A stretch of 63,848 bases of DNA, taken from NCBI GenBank assembly GCA_049274915.1, contig JBASTN010000041.1, forward strand, positions 1 to 63,848, read 5' to 3'. This DNA comes from Solirubrobacterales bacterium. GTDB taxonomy: Bacteria > Actinomycetota > Thermoleophilia > Solirubrobacterales > JACPNS01. This document shows positions 1-10,456 of this stretch, one piece after another. Each line of letters starts with the position of its first letter. Positions within the stretch are counted from its first letter, which is position 1. Under the pieces are notes generated by a model. It was given only the letters and a program-made list of their open reading frames with translations, was not told the origin of the DNA and ran no database searches. Both the position numbers and the translations under genes were made by a program.

Positions 1-210
1 AAGCCGAAGAAGCCGCGCGCCAAGAAGAAGCAGCCGGTCGCTGTGGGTGCCGAGAGCGAAACAGCCTCGGCCGACGACGCGACCGACAAGCCGAGCGATG
101 CTGCGGCGCTCGACGCGCAGCTCGACGAGGCGCTCAAAGAGATCGACGCGAAGGCCGGCGACGGCGACGACGCGGCACCCGACGTCGACAAGCCGCCGTC
201 AGACGATTAG
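1..210 (+). CDS. 3' end of an upstream gene; Lys/Pro-rich then Asp/Ala-rich low-complexity tail, function not assignable
   Basis: Frame 1 is open from the window edge to TAG 208-210 (KPKKPRAKKKQPVAV...DVDKPPSDD*). It is absent from the ORF track because no start lies in the window. Confidence 0.35.
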   Translation, partial: KPKKPRAKKKQPVAVGAESETASADDATDKPSDAAALDAQLDEALKEIDAKAGDGDDAAPDVDKPPSDD

Positions 211-365
211 AACTCGCTAGGGCGTTCCGACTGCTTTTCCGTTCGTAATGGTGGCCAGATCGGCCGCCAGCAGCTAACTTAGTGCTGCAACGCCGCCTCG
301 GTAGCGGCCGCTGCGTGCAGGTGAGAGACCGCTTCGCGGTCCCGCCGCAGAAATCCCCCAGTTCA

Positions 366-1469
366 ATGACTTCAACTAATCGCATCACGCGCGTGTGGTG
401 GCTGCTTATGCTTACAGCCATCTTCCTTGCCGTGCTCGTCTTCGCGATGCGCGTCGCCGGCGACTCGCCGGAGGCGAGTGCGGAGACCTATTATTTCGAC
501 TCCATCCGTGGTGACGATGCGGTGCCTCGTTCGACCGAAAAGTCACCGTGGAAAACGCTCGGTCGACTTACCGGCGTCAGACTTAAGCCAGGCGACGCGG
601 TCAAGTTGCGTTCGGGGTCGGTTTGGCGCGAAGAGCTCGTGCTCGATGACAGCGGCGCTGAAGGTGCCCCGATCACCGTCACGCGGTGGGGCAAAGGCGC
701 GGCTCCGCGGATCACAAAGGTTCGCGACTGCGTCACCGTCACCGGCTCTTGGGTCCACATCAGCGGAGTCAACGCCGAGCGCTGTGGCAACGCCGCGTTC
801 ACGTTGTCTGGCACCCGCAATGCCGTCCGCTACAGCCGTGCGACGCGATCGGCGATCGGTGTGTTTGCGACCGAGTCGTCCAAGTTTGCGCTGATTTCGC
901 GCAACTACATCGCGCGCAACAACATCATGTTCGCCAACACACCGCAGCCGACTACCGACGATGCGGGTGCCTTTGGCGTGCTGCTGCACGGCGTCGGAGC
1001 AGAGGTTGCGTACAACACGATCGTCGGGCACGACGCGTTCAGCTACGACTTCAAGCGCGACGGATCGGCGGTCGAGCTCTACGGCGCGACGGACAGCCGA
1101 ATCCACCACAACAAGGCATTCCGCAACCACACCTTCGTCGAGCTAGGTAAGGCGGGTACCGCCAACAACACGATTTCGCGTAACCGCATCGAGACCAAGA
1201 AGGCCAACCAGTACGGACTGATCACGCGCGGCGCGGCGGATACCTCGTTCGGACCGGTTCTCAACACGATCTTCGCGTTTAACAAGCTGAAGATGACCGG
1301 TCGCAACAGCCACGGCTTCGTTTGTTCGAGCGGCTGCACCCCAGAGATCGCGACGATCATGAATAATCGCTTCGACGTCAACGGCACCGGCGGCTTCGCC
1401 GATTTCAGCCCGAAGCTCAGCGGCAACGTCTTCGTAGGCGGCAAGCTCGATATCGAGTCGGAGCGGTAG
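366..1469 (+). CDS. Membrane-anchored right-handed parallel beta-helix (PbH1) repeat protein, probable glycan-modifying/depolymerising enzyme
   Basis: ORF 282..1469 trimmed to ATG 366. The N-terminus MTSTNRITRVWWLLMLTAIFLAVLVFA is a signal anchor. The body has repeated short N/G/I/V-rich turn units (ISGVNAERCGN, ISRNYIARNNIMF, ISRNRIE) typical of the pectate-lyase-like fold. Confidence 0.65.
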   Translation: MTSTNRITRVWWLLMLTAIFLAVLVFAMRVAGDSPEASAETYYFDSIRGDDAVPRSTEKSPWKTLGRLTGVRLKPGDAVKLRSGSVWREELVLDDSGAEGAPITVTRWGKGAAPRITKVRDCVTVTGSWVHISGVNAERCGNAAFTLSGTRNAVRYSRATRSAIGVFATESSKFALISRNYIARNNIMFANTPQPTTDDAGAFGVLLHGVGAEVAYNTIVGHDAFSYDFKRDGSAVELYGATDSRIHHNKAFRNHTFVELGKAGTANNTISRNRIETKKANQYGLITRGAADTSFGPVLNTIFAFNKLKMTGRNSHGFVCSSGCTPEIATIMNNRFDVNGTGGFADFSPKLSGNVFVGGKLDIESER

Positions 1470-1542
1470 GCTGCGAAAGAGTTCTCATTACCGCCCCTGC
1501 GGTACTCGACAGTTGCAAAATCCCCCACTAAGGTAGAAAACA

Positions 1543-2328
1543 ATGAAGCTATTCAGACAAGACATGGAGTACTGGTTCATCGAGAACGACCAACAGGTCG
1601 GCGGCGGAATACGGTTCTATTGGAAGGTCTTCGGCCTGCTTGTGATTAACCCCGGTGTCAGCGCCGTTTTCTGGCATCGCATCGCTCGTGTGGTCTACCT
1701 CTGGGGCCCGGCGTTCCTGACCCCTTCACGCATTCTCGATCGCTGGACGGAATTCCTGACCGGCGCGCAGATTCCCGGACAGTCCGATATCGGTAGCGGG
1801 TTCCGTGTCTACCACCCCAACGGCCTGGTCATTTCGCCCTGCTCGAAACTCGGAGAGCGGGTGTGCGTGCACTCTGACGTTGTGCTCGGCATGCTCAGCG
1901 GAGACTGGCGCGTTGAAGCGCCGATCGTCGGGAACGACGTCACCCTCGGCACCGGCTGCAAGCTCCTCGGCGACATCACGATCGGCGACAACGCCGTGGT
2001 CGGCGCCAACTCGGTGGTTATGAAAAGCGTTCCGGCGGACCACATCGCCGTCGGTATCCCGGCGAAGATCATTCCGCAGAAGAAGTCTGAGCCTGCCCCG
2101 GCCGACGCTTCGGCCGACGACGTAGCCAAGTCCGACGCGGCCGCCAAGAACGGGTCAGGCGATACTGGCGCGATAGATGACGCGGCCGCAAAGCCCACCG
2201 CGAAGGCGAACTCCTCAGAGTCTTCTGGTGACACCGTGCCTTCTGGTGACACCGTAGGCAAGACCACAGGCAAGACCAATGGCTCGGCCGGCGAACCCGC
2301 CGAAGCCGCTTCAGCCAAGCAGTCTTGA
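1543..2328 (+). CDS. Hexapeptide-repeat O-acetyltransferase (CysE/WcaB-like) with low-complexity C-terminal tail
   Basis: Left-handed beta-helix core (VCVHSDVVLG, IVGNDVTLGTGCKLLGDITIGDNAVVGANSVV). A roughly 70-aa Ala/Ser/Asp/Gly tail contains in-frame 18-bp x2 and 12-bp x2 tandem repeats at 2224-2283. Confidence 0.75.
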   Translation: MKLFRQDMEYWFIENDQQVGGGIRFYWKVFGLLVINPGVSAVFWHRIARVVYLWGPAFLTPSRILDRWTEFLTGAQIPGQSDIGSGFRVYHPNGLVISPCSKLGERVCVHSDVVLGMLSGDWRVEAPIVGNDVTLGTGCKLLGDITIGDNAVVGANSVVMKSVPADHIAVGIPAKIIPQKKSEPAPADASADDVAKSDAAAKNGSGDTGAIDDAAAKPTAKANSSESSGDTVPSGDTVGKTTGKTNGSAGEPAEAASAKQS

Positions 2329-2338
2329 CGTCCTCGCC

Positions 2339-3268
2339 GTGCCGGCTTTGACCTTCGGCGCGATTGTCTGCGCGTACACGCTCGAGCGTCTCGACGATCT
2401 CGTCGCGGCGATCGAGTCGCTGCGTGCGCAAACACGCGAGCTCGACCAGATCGTGGTCGTGATCGACCACAACGAGCAGCTGTTAGCGGTGATTGGCGAA
2501 CGTTTCGGTGGCGGCGTCACTTTCGTCGAGAACCGGCATAAGCAAGGGCTCTCAGGGGCACGAAACTCCGGGATCGAGGCGATCGACACCGATATCGTCG
2601 CCTTCCTCGATGACGACGCCGAGGCTTCGCCGGAATGGGCCGGGCGGATCGTCGCGCACTACGAGGACCCTTCGGTAATCGGGGCGGGTGGCCAGGTCAA
2701 CCCGCGGTGGGCGACCCAGCGGCCCGGGTGGTTCCCACGGGAGTTCGACTGGGTGGTCGGATGCAGCTACGTCGGGATGCCGCAACAGATCGCTGACGTC
2801 CGCAACATGATCGGCGCAAACATGTCTCTGCGCCGCGATGTGTTCGAGCGCGTCGGCGTGTTCAGTACTGAAGTCGGGCGGGTCGGTAAGAAGCCGGTCG
2901 GCTGTGAAGAAACCGAGCTGTGCATTCGCGCGCTTGCCGAGACCGGAGGGCGAATCGTCTACGACCCCGCCGCGACCGTCGATCACAAGGTCACCGCCGA
3001 ACGCGCTACCTGGAGCTACTTCCGAACGCGTTGTTACATGGAGGGCATCAGCAAGGCGCACGTCGTGCGACTCGCCGGCGCCGGCGACGGCCTCTCCAGC
3101 GAGCGGTCATACAGCACGAAGATACTGCCGCTGGGCGTGTTGCGTGGAATCGGCGACGCGTTCCGCGGGCGTGGGGCCGGTATCGGCCGCGCCGCGTCGA
3201 TCGTCGCCGGTCTGCTGACCACGAGTTTCGGATATGCCCGTGGCCGCGTCAGCAAAGTGCGGGTCTGA
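2339..3268 (+). CDS. Family 2 glycosyltransferase (GT-A fold)
   Basis: Motifs VVVIDHNE, AFLDDDAEA (DxD) and CEETELCIR. Start set to the in-frame GTG at 2339, 11 nt after the upstream TGA. The ORF-track start 2279 would overlap the previous gene. Confidence 0.8.
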   Translation: MPALTFGAIVCAYTLERLDDLVAAIESLRAQTRELDQIVVVIDHNEQLLAVIGERFGGGVTFVENRHKQGLSGARNSGIEAIDTDIVAFLDDDAEASPEWAGRIVAHYEDPSVIGAGGQVNPRWATQRPGWFPREFDWVVGCSYVGMPQQIADVRNMIGANMSLRRDVFERVGVFSTEVGRVGKKPVGCEETELCIRALAETGGRIVYDPAATVDHKVTAERATWSYFRTRCYMEGISKAHVVRLAGAGDGLSSERSYSTKILPLGVLRGIGDAFRGRGAGIGRAASIVAGLLTTSFGYARGRVSKVRV

Positions 3269-3272
3269 GCCG

Positions 3273-4610
3273 ATGATCGGCGGCGCGATCCGGCGCGTAC
3301 GCGAGCATCTCGCCGAGCCGCTCAACCGAACCGCGCTAGCGGTGATCGTCAGCACGTTGTTGACCTCGGTGCTTGGCTTTGGCTTTTGGGTGGTCGCTGC
3401 GCTGATCTATGACCCGGAGATCGTCGGTCGAGACAACGCTCTGGTCTCGGCGATGATGCTGATCGCGACGGTCTGCCTGCTTAATCTCAACAACGTGCTG
3501 ATGCGTTTCCTGCCGCAGGTTCGCGAGGATGTCGGCAAACGGGTGATTCAGGCGTACGCGATCTCGGCGTCCGCGAGCTTCACCGTCGGATTCGCCTTTT
3601 CATTCTTCGCCGTCGAGTTCAGCGAAGATCTCGAATTCCTCAGCAACAGCCTGCTCTGGGCGCTCGGATTCGCCGCGACGTGCGCGATGTGGACGCTCTG
3701 GGTGATGCGCGACGCCGCATTTGTGGCGCTCGGCAAGGCCGAGTGGATGGTTCCCGGTAACGCCGCGTTCAGCATCGCGAAGATCCTCGCGCTACCGGCG
3801 TTCTACGTCGTAGCTAAAGAACACGGCGTCTACGTGGCGTGGGTGATCCCGGCACTGCTGATTCTGCCGGTCACCAACATGTTCATCTTCCGTAAGGCGG
3901 TCCCCGAGGCGCAAGCCGCCCAGGCGGGAGCCGGTGGCGTTGTCGACGTGTTCGGCTGGCGACGCCTGGTGACGTTCGTCGGGCTCGATTTCATCGGCTC
4001 GGCGATCGGTGAGGTCGTCGTCGTCGCGATGCCGTTGGTTGTGATCACGCTGCTCGACGCGACCGAGACCGCGTACTTTTCGATCGCCTTCATGGTGATT
4101 GCGGCGCTCGACTTGATGTATTACGCGGTCACCGTCGCGCTGACCACGGAGGGCGCTCGCGATCCCGCGCGGATCGGCGAACTGACGGCGATGGCTGTCA
4201 ATCGCCTGCTCAAGTTCCAGATTCCTGTGTCGCTGGCGATTGTCGTCGCAGCGCCCCTGGTACTGCTGCCGTTCCCGTCGGAGTACGGCGACAATGCCAC
4301 AACCGCGCTGCGGCTGCTGGCGCTCTCCTGCGGCCTTCGCGCCGTCGTGCTGTTGTACCAGGCCGCGATGCGGCTGCAGGGCCACGGGGTGCGTCTGATG
4401 GCCGTTCAGGCAGCCAACACGTTTGGCGTTGTCGCGCTGGCGGCGCTGCTCGCGCCAGATCACGGAATCGACGGAATCGCGGTCGGCTGGTTGATCACGC
4501 ATGGTGTGCTGGCGCTGTTGGCCCTGCCCGACACGATCAAGTTCATACGCAATCCGGGCATACGGGCGAGAGATGTCGTCGACCCGCTGGGAGATGCGCC
4601 GCCACTTTGA
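3273..4610 (+). CDS. Polysaccharide/oligosaccharide flippase (Wzx/MOP-superfamily-like polytopic membrane protein)
   Basis: About 445 aa with more than 10 hydrophobic spans throughout. ATG 3273 lies 5 nt after the GT2 stop. Its position inside a glycan cluster supports the call. Confidence 0.65.
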   Translation: MIGGAIRRVREHLAEPLNRTALAVIVSTLLTSVLGFGFWVVAALIYDPEIVGRDNALVSAMMLIATVCLLNLNNVLMRFLPQVREDVGKRVIQAYAISASASFTVGFAFSFFAVEFSEDLEFLSNSLLWALGFAATCAMWTLWVMRDAAFVALGKAEWMVPGNAAFSIAKILALPAFYVVAKEHGVYVAWVIPALLILPVTNMFIFRKAVPEAQAAQAGAGGVVDVFGWRRLVTFVGLDFIGSAIGEVVVVAMPLVVITLLDATETAYFSIAFMVIAALDLMYYAVTVALTTEGARDPARIGELTAMAVNRLLKFQIPVSLAIVVAAPLVLLPFPSEYGDNATTALRLLALSCGLRAVVLLYQAAMRLQGHGVRLMAVQAANTFGVVALAALLAPDHGIDGIAVGWLITHGVLALLALPDTIKFIRNPGIRARDVVDPLGDAPPL

Positions 4611-4617
4611 GCCTGAG

Positions 4618-4639
4618 GCCGCGAGCCGTAGGTCGCGGC
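4618..4639. terminator. Hairpin between convergent operons (possible bidirectional terminator)
   Basis: GCCGCGA-gccgtagg-TCGCGGC, a 7-bp perfect stem in the 35-bp gap between stops at 4610 (+) and 4646 (-). There is no clear U-tract. Confidence 0.35.
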
Positions 4640-4645
4640 GGTTCG

Positions 4646-6859
4646 CTACTTGACGAAGTCGTAAATCTTCGTCGGACCGTCTTCGTACCAGAGCTTGAAG
4701 CGTCCGGTCTCGACCATCGCCTTCTGTAGTGCGGCGGTCTCGGCCGGTGTCGCGAGCTTGTTGATTGCATTGAAGCGGGTCATGTTTGGCGAAAAGACGA
4801 CGTAACCGTCGCGCGCCCAAAGCTGGATCTGCCCGACTACGAAGTCGACACTCTCGCGAGTGCCGCTGATGCGACCGGCCTGCTCGCCGGGACGGTCGAA
4901 CAGCACGACCGGGCCGCCGCCGTTGAGGTGGGCGAAGTCAGGGTAATCGGCCCCGATTAGGTCCGGGAACGGCGGGGCGTAGGCGACCAGCACGTCGCCC
5001 TTATCGCCGTTCTTGAAGAAGTATTCACTTGCCGTGACGTCGCGCGCGCTGATCTCGTGAAAGGCTTCGCCGCCGTAATAGGCCCAGGCGAAACACATCG
5101 CCAGAAACAGCGTCGTCGCGACTGCCAGCACTCGGCGCCAAATCGGAGAGAAGGTGCCGATCGCGGCCGCCATCAGACAGGCCGAGAACGGCGACGAGAA
5201 CATCACTACTCGCAGCGGCGCTTCGCCGCCATAGTTTTGGCCGGCGAGAAACAGGAACGGTCCGAGCATTATGAGGCCAAAGACCGGCGCACGGAATGAC
5301 TCTGAGCGGCGGGCGAGCACGATGATCGACACCAGGCCGCCTAACCACGCGAATGCGCTGGACATTGTGGCGCGCGAGCCGACGAAATCGCAGCCGGCGC
5401 ACTCGACTTTGATCGGATCGTTGACCTGAGCATTGTTGAACGGGTCGAGCGAAGTGAATACGCCGAAGTGATCGTTGATCCAACCGAGGTGTGGCAACAG
5501 GAACATCAGCGGCAGTGCGCCCAGGGGAATCAACAGCCATCGTGGCTTGATGAAGCCGCAGACCACCAGCAGCCCGAGTTGCAGCGCCAGCGCATAGGGG
5601 GTCAGCTGATGACTGACGATGATCGCGGCGTCGATCGCCAGCAGCAGCCCGACTGCCGTGCGCTGACTCCATTCGGCCTCGCGCTTCGCGTGCCGCCGGG
5701 ACTGGCCGGTGCGAGCGACAACGTCGACGACGCGTGTTGCCAGTCTGCCGATCGGGTTGCCGCTGTCGCTGAGTTGGCCGAGCGCGATCGCCAGTGCGGC
5801 CAGCGCAAGCGTGAAGGCGAGAGCCTGCGGCGAAAAGTAGCCCTGTCCGATCCAGTTGACGAAAACGAAGATCAGTGCCGCCAGGCCCGCGACCCCGGCC
5901 TTACGCGTTTCGCGCAGCGCGATCGCCGCGACGAGCGTCGCCTGCAGCAGCGCGAAAAAGAGTTCCGACCAGCCGACGTAACCAATCTCGTCTTCGATCC
6001 CGCCGAGCCGCACGAATCCGGCAGCCATCGAGAAGAAGCCCGGCCAACGGTTGTAGATGTCGACGTCGGGGTAGAGGTGCCCCTCTTGCAGAAACAGTCG
6101 GATCACACCGATGTGCTTGTAAGAGGCCGGGTAATGCGGCGCGTCAGCGATCAGCGGAACAGTCGCGTAGATCACGGTGATCGCCGCTACGACGTAGGCA
6201 CCGAGCAGCCAGCGATTCGGCCGCGCTGACATCGCGTAAAGCGTGGCGCCGGTAATGATCATCCCGAGGCCGAGTTTCCAGCTGAACGGAAGGATCGCCG
6301 GCAGCCCGTAGTCATCGAGCTTCTGCGTGTCGATCCCCGGCAACGAGACGAGCCAAAGCAACAGTCCGATCACGATCGGCAGCGAAGCAAGCAGTTCGGA
6401 TCGATGTTCGGCGACCCATTTGGAGAGATCGATCTGCGGTGGCACGAACGCATTCGCCCGCGCCTCGGCGAACCTCTGTTTGCGGAGTCGCCTGGCCGCA
6501 ACTGCGATCGGCTGCCAGAGGATCCATACAGACACCGAAAACACGGCGATCACGAAGGGCATCAGCAGTTCGAACAGCGAGACCTCGATCAGCACCCACG
6601 TACCCAGGGTGAAAACGGTCAGGCTGATCGCGGCGGCGACGCCGAGCTTCATCAACGGGCCGACGTCCTTGAGGCGCGACAAGACGGCAAAGCCCGGCAC
6701 AAGCGTCATCGCGATCAAGGCGAAGAGCTGGCGACCCGATCCTTCAATACCGATCAGCGCCAGCAGGAAGGTAAAGCCGGTTAGCGCGATCAGCGCCAGA
6801 TGCGTCCGCAGCCGGCGATCTTCGCGCGCGGCAGCGGTTATCGAACGTAGGGCATTCAA
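4646..6859 (-). CDS. Large polytopic membrane protein with about 170-aa C-terminal soluble domain; putative GT-C-type glycosyltransferase/polymerase
   Basis: 737 aa with roughly 14 or more hydrophobic helices, then a hydrophilic tail (YFFKNGDKGDVLVAYAPPF...WYEDGPTKIYDFVK). The TTG start overlaps the upstream TGA (TTGA, 6856-6859), indicating translational coupling. Confidence 0.6.
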   Translation of the reverse strand: MNALRSITAAAREDRRLRTHLALIALTGFTFLLALIGIEGSGRQLFALIAMTLVPGFAVLSRLKDVGPLMKLGVAAAISLTVFTLGTWVLIEVSLFELLMPFVIAVFSVSVWILWQPIAVAARRLRKQRFAEARANAFVPPQIDLSKWVAEHRSELLASLPIVIGLLLWLVSLPGIDTQKLDDYGLPAILPFSWKLGLGMIITGATLYAMSARPNRWLLGAYVVAAITVIYATVPLIADAPHYPASYKHIGVIRLFLQEGHLYPDVDIYNRWPGFFSMAAGFVRLGGIEDEIGYVGWSELFFALLQATLVAAIALRETRKAGVAGLAALIFVFVNWIGQGYFSPQALAFTLALAALAIALGQLSDSGNPIGRLATRVVDVVARTGQSRRHAKREAEWSQRTAVGLLLAIDAAIIVSHQLTPYALALQLGLLVVCGFIKPRWLLIPLGALPLMFLLPHLGWINDHFGVFTSLDPFNNAQVNDPIKVECAGCDFVGSRATMSSAFAWLGGLVSIIVLARRSESFRAPVFGLIMLGPFLFLAGQNYGGEAPLRVVMFSSPFSACLMAAAIGTFSPIWRRVLAVATTLFLAMCFAWAYYGGEAFHEISARDVTASEYFFKNGDKGDVLVAYAPPFPDLIGADYPDFAHLNGGGPVVLFDRPGEQAGRISGTRESVDFVVGQIQLWARDGYVVFSPNMTRFNAINKLATPAETAALQKAMVETGRFKLWYEDGPTKIYDFVK

Positions 6860-9579
6860 GTGATCTTCAGCGGGGGCCAGCTGCGGCTAAGGAATCGTCC
6901 TTTTACGTAGAGCCAAGGTCCGGCTAGGCGACCCTTGCGCTCGATACGCGTGAGCACGGGATCATATGGCTTGCCGCGGTTCGGCCCCGCTGGGGTGCGG
7001 CCGTGCTTGAGTCCTCGCATCAGCTCTCGCGTGACAAGCACTCCGAGCCTGGCGGCGTGTCGCGGCACGAGCGCGTGCTTGAAGCCGTAGGCCATCGCGC
7101 CGGTTCCGTAGGTGTAGAGCTGTTTCTCTAACGCGTCCGCCGTCACACGGTGGTAATGCCAGGTGATCGCGGCCGGTTCGACCGCGATCCTCCAGCCGTG
7201 ATCGATGACGCGCAGAAAGTAGTCGAGGTCCTCGCCACCTCCGGCGGGCGATCCTGCGCCAAGGGCCTCGTCGAACGGACCGATCTGACGCGCGGCTTCA
7301 CGTGAGATGGCGAAGTTCGCTCCGGTGCCGAAACGCCCGGCGCGGTAGGGGTAGAACGGGCCGTCGCCGCGGCCGCCGTTGCGATCGAATACTCGACGAT
7401 CCATCCAGGCCGACCACGTGACGGTCTGATCAAAAAACTGTTGCGCTTCGGTTCGCAGCTCGGCGGTAGGCACGAGACCGGTGACCATGCCGACCTGCTT
7501 GTCGTGAGTGAAAGCCCTCGCGAGTGCAGCGAGCCACTGCGCATCGACGACGACATCGTCATCGGTGAATGCGATCAAATCGCCCCGGGCGACCGAGAAT
7601 CCACGGTTGCGGGCGCGAGAGAGGCCGGGCAGCGGCTCCGCGACGTAGGCGATCCTCGGACTGCCAAGTGCTTCGACCGCCTCGCGCGTGCCGGGTTCGC
7701 GGGGCAGATTGTCGACGACGACGATCTCGAAGTCTGGATAGTCGAGCGCTAAGACGCTGTGCAGCGCCCGCGCAAGTGAATCAGGGCGATTGCAGCTGCA
7801 GATCACCACAGTGGCAAACGGCGCTTGGTCGGCGAACTCACCCGCAGCGCCGCAAGTCGGAACGGGGCTTTTCCCGGCAAGTGGTTCGGCGGTCGCGGTG
7901 AGCCCCGCGGCCGTCAGCGGTGCGGGCGGCAGTGAATCGCGGCGGAGGTGCTCGGCGATCTCGTCACCGAGCTGAGCGTCAATCGCGTCGGCGACGACGG
8001 TCGGTTCGGCGCTGCCGTCGGTCAGCTCGACGACCGCGAATCCAAGTGGGATCGAGTGCAAACGCACCAGCACGCGCGCACTGCCGTAAGCGAGTCCGTC
8101 CGCACGCTGATCGGCGATCAGCCTCGAAATCGGCTCGGAGATCTCGACACCCTGCACCCAGATCGGTTCAAAATCGACGTGCGGAGGCTCGCCGGCCGGG
8201 CTAGCTGAGCCCATCACCGCGCGGGCACCGGTGCCGCTTGACGCGCTGGCGCGCGCCGCTTCGGTCGCGTCGCCACTGAATAGTCCGGCTGAGACAAGTA
8301 CTCCGATAAGCAGGCCGCGTTTGCCTTTGCGCAGCGCCGTGAAGCGCGCGTCGCGCCAACGGCTGCGTGCGTAGCCGATCGGGCCGTAAGCGACACCGAT
8401 CAGTTCGGCGATCGTAAGGCGCAGGGGATAGCGGTCGCCCTTGCGAGCATTCTTCGGCGAACCGGGGCTCAACCCGTACCGGACTCCGGCGGCAAAACCA
8501 CGCAGCAGGCGTCTGCGCCGCGGTCCGCAAACCAACTGCTTGACGATCGCGGCAGACAGTCCCGACCCGTAGTGCTGCACTTCACGCTCGATGTGCTCGA
8601 TCGTGTCTGGATGCTCGTGCCAGATCATCGCCGATGGTTCATACACGAGCTCCAGCCCGCTGATCAGGACGCGGATGAAGAGGTCCAAGTCCTCACCCCC
8701 GCGCGCCGGAGTGCCCGTTCCCAGCACGTTGTCGAACCCGCCGAGCGCCTCGGCCGCGGAGCGGCGCAACACGATGTTCGCCCCACTGCCGAAGCGTCCT
8801 GCGGCGTAAGGGAACAGCGGGTCATCCTCGAAATCGCAGAGACTGAATACCTGTCGCTGGAAGCCCTTGGAGTAGCCGGCGAAACGCTCCAGCAGAACCT
8901 GCGCACTGGTCTCGAGCTTCAGGGGAACGATCAGCCCGGTCACACAGGCGGCAGCCGGTCGCTCGATGAACGCGAGAACCGCGCGCTCGAGCCAGCAGAC
9001 ATCGGGCACGACATCGTCGTCGGTAAAAGCAATCAGCGAGCCGGTAGCCGCCGCCAGCCCGGCGTTGCGTGCGTACGAAAGCCCGGGCCGATCCTCGTCG
9101 ACGGTCCCGACGCGTGGTTCGCTGGCGTAGCGCTGATCGAGCAGCTCATTGACGCTGGTAGTGACCGGCCTGTTGTTGACCAGCACGACTTCGACGTTTT
9201 GATGTGTGCCCGCCAGTACCGCGTCGATTGTCCGGGATGCCGACGCACCACCGTTGACAGTGCAAACCACAACTGTGACCAACGGAGTATCGTCGTCGAG
9301 CGGCTTTCTTTCGCCTGTAGGGTTCGCGGTGGGCAAACCTGTGGCGCGCTCGCCGGCCTCCATCTGGTCGATCGCCGTCGCGATCGCCGGGGCCGTGACC
9401 ACGCCGCCGTCGGCGGCAACCGCAAACGTTCCGACCGGTCGCCCGTCGCGCGTCGCTAGTGCATAGACACCGTTGTAGGTTGCGCCGCCTTCCGACGCCG
9501 GCAGCGCGAGGTCAGCCAGTGGCTGGTCGATGGCGACGCTGCGCACCGCGATCGGGGCATCGAAGTCAAAGGTTGTCAC
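6856..9579 (-). CDS. Two-domain family 2 glycosyltransferase (tandem GT2-GT2, candidate co-polymerase)
   Basis: The two halves share the same motif set: VTVVVCTVNG...FTDDDVVPDVCW...GGEDLDLFIR and ATVVICSCNRPD...FTDDDVVVDAQW...GGEDLDYFLR. Start set to GTG 9579, which forms a GTGA overlap with the deacetylase stop. Confidence 0.8.
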   Translation of the reverse strand: MTTFDFDAPIAVRSVAIDQPLADLALPASEGGATYNGVYALATRDGRPVGTFAVAADGGVVTAPAIATAIDQMEAGERATGLPTANPTGERKPLDDDTPLVTVVVCTVNGGASASRTIDAVLAGTHQNVEVVLVNNRPVTTSVNELLDQRYASEPRVGTVDEDRPGLSYARNAGLAAATGSLIAFTDDDVVPDVCWLERAVLAFIERPAAACVTGLIVPLKLETSAQVLLERFAGYSKGFQRQVFSLCDFEDDPLFPYAAGRFGSGANIVLRRSAAEALGGFDNVLGTGTPARGGEDLDLFIRVLISGLELVYEPSAMIWHEHPDTIEHIEREVQHYGSGLSAAIVKQLVCGPRRRRLLRGFAAGVRYGLSPGSPKNARKGDRYPLRLTIAELIGVAYGPIGYARSRWRDARFTALRKGKRGLLIGVLVSAGLFSGDATEAARASASSGTGARAVMGSASPAGEPPHVDFEPIWVQGVEISEPISRLIADQRADGLAYGSARVLVRLHSIPLGFAVVELTDGSAEPTVVADAIDAQLGDEIAEHLRRDSLPPAPLTAAGLTATAEPLAGKSPVPTCGAAGEFADQAPFATVVICSCNRPDSLARALHSVLALDYPDFEIVVVDNLPREPGTREAVEALGSPRIAYVAEPLPGLSRARNRGFSVARGDLIAFTDDDVVVDAQWLAALARAFTHDKQVGMVTGLVPTAELRTEAQQFFDQTVTWSAWMDRRVFDRNGGRGDGPFYPYRAGRFGTGANFAISREAARQIGPFDEALGAGSPAGGGEDLDYFLRVIDHGWRIAVEPAAITWHYHRVTADALEKQLYTYGTGAMAYGFKHALVPRHAARLGVLVTRELMRGLKHGRTPAGPNRGKPYDPVLTRIERKGRLAGPWLYVKGRFLSRSWPPLKIT

Positions 9580-10370
9580 GCCGGAGTTCCTTCGCGCCGC
9601 GCCGCGAGGCGGTGCCTTAGACGCCGCACGGCGCGATACCCGCGCGTCCGCAGCCGTTGTCCTGGCCATGCGATCGGTGCACCCCGTCCCGCGAGGACGG
9701 CTTCGATCTCGGCTGCGTCATGGTGACGCATGACCGTCCAGCGTGCAACGCCGAAGCGGTCGTCGCTCGGGTGAGAAAGAGCGTTCTTGACGGCCGCCGC
9801 AGAGCTGAACCCAGCATCGATCACAGCTTTGCGCACATGTGCATCATAGGCACCGTGCGGATAGGCGAAGCTCGCGACCTCCCGGTCGAGGGTCGCTTCG
9901 AGCCGTTGCTTGCTCTGTGTGATCTCGGCGATCATCGACTCGCGTGGAATCTCGTCGAGACGCGGATGGCCGACGCTGTGTGCGCCGATCTCGGTGCCGG
10001 CGATCGCCGCCAGTTCAAGCAACTCCGTTTCACTGAGCATGCCGTCACGCCCGAGAAAATCACTAGTTACGTAAACCGTCGCGGGCAACGAGCGCGCCGA
10101 CATCGCCGCACATGCGGCGATGTTGTCACGCCAGCCGTCATCAAACGTCACGCAGACCAGGTTGGACAGATCGTCGCCATCGCCAAGCAGTCGAGCGAGC
10201 TCCGAGAAATCGACGGCGCGCCTGCCGCTTGACTCGATCGCGTCGAGGTGCCGCGCAAACTCATCCGGATCGAGCGAGAACGGCGCGATCGACTCTGCCG
10301 GCTCGGCGGCGATCGAGTGATAGAGCAGCACGGGGATGTGCTCGCTCGCTTGCGATGCTGGGGCGTTCAT
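9576..10370 (-). CDS. Polysaccharide deacetylase (NodB homology domain, CE4)
   Basis: VCVTFDDGWRDN motif, HSVGHPRL and AYPHGAY. Start at ATG 10370 (MNAPASQ...). Confidence 0.8.
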   Translation of the reverse strand: MNAPASQASEHIPVLLYHSIAAEPAESIAPFSLDPDEFARHLDAIESSGRRAVDFSELARLLGDGDDLSNLVCVTFDDGWRDNIAACAAMSARSLPATVYVTSDFLGRDGMLSETELLELAAIAGTEIGAHSVGHPRLDEIPRESMIAEITQSKQRLEATLDREVASFAYPHGAYDAHVRKAVIDAGFSSAAAVKNALSHPSDDRFGVARWTVMRHHDAAEIEAVLAGRGAPIAWPGQRLRTRGYRAVRRLRHRLAARREGTPA

Positions 10371-10456
10371 CCGTTGAACTGTATTCAGGTTTGGCGGTTG
10401 TGGCCAGCCGCGAACGCGGCGCTGCAACCGGCTCGCTGGGGCTGGTCGGAGGTCGC

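Noticed and set aside
3792-4820. 342-aa minus-strand ORF antisense to the flippase gene
   Set aside because: It has an extreme Arg/Asp/Gln/His composition with no hydrophobic core or motifs, and it overlaps a well-supported polytopic membrane gene. Such long shadow ORFs are expected in high-GC DNA.
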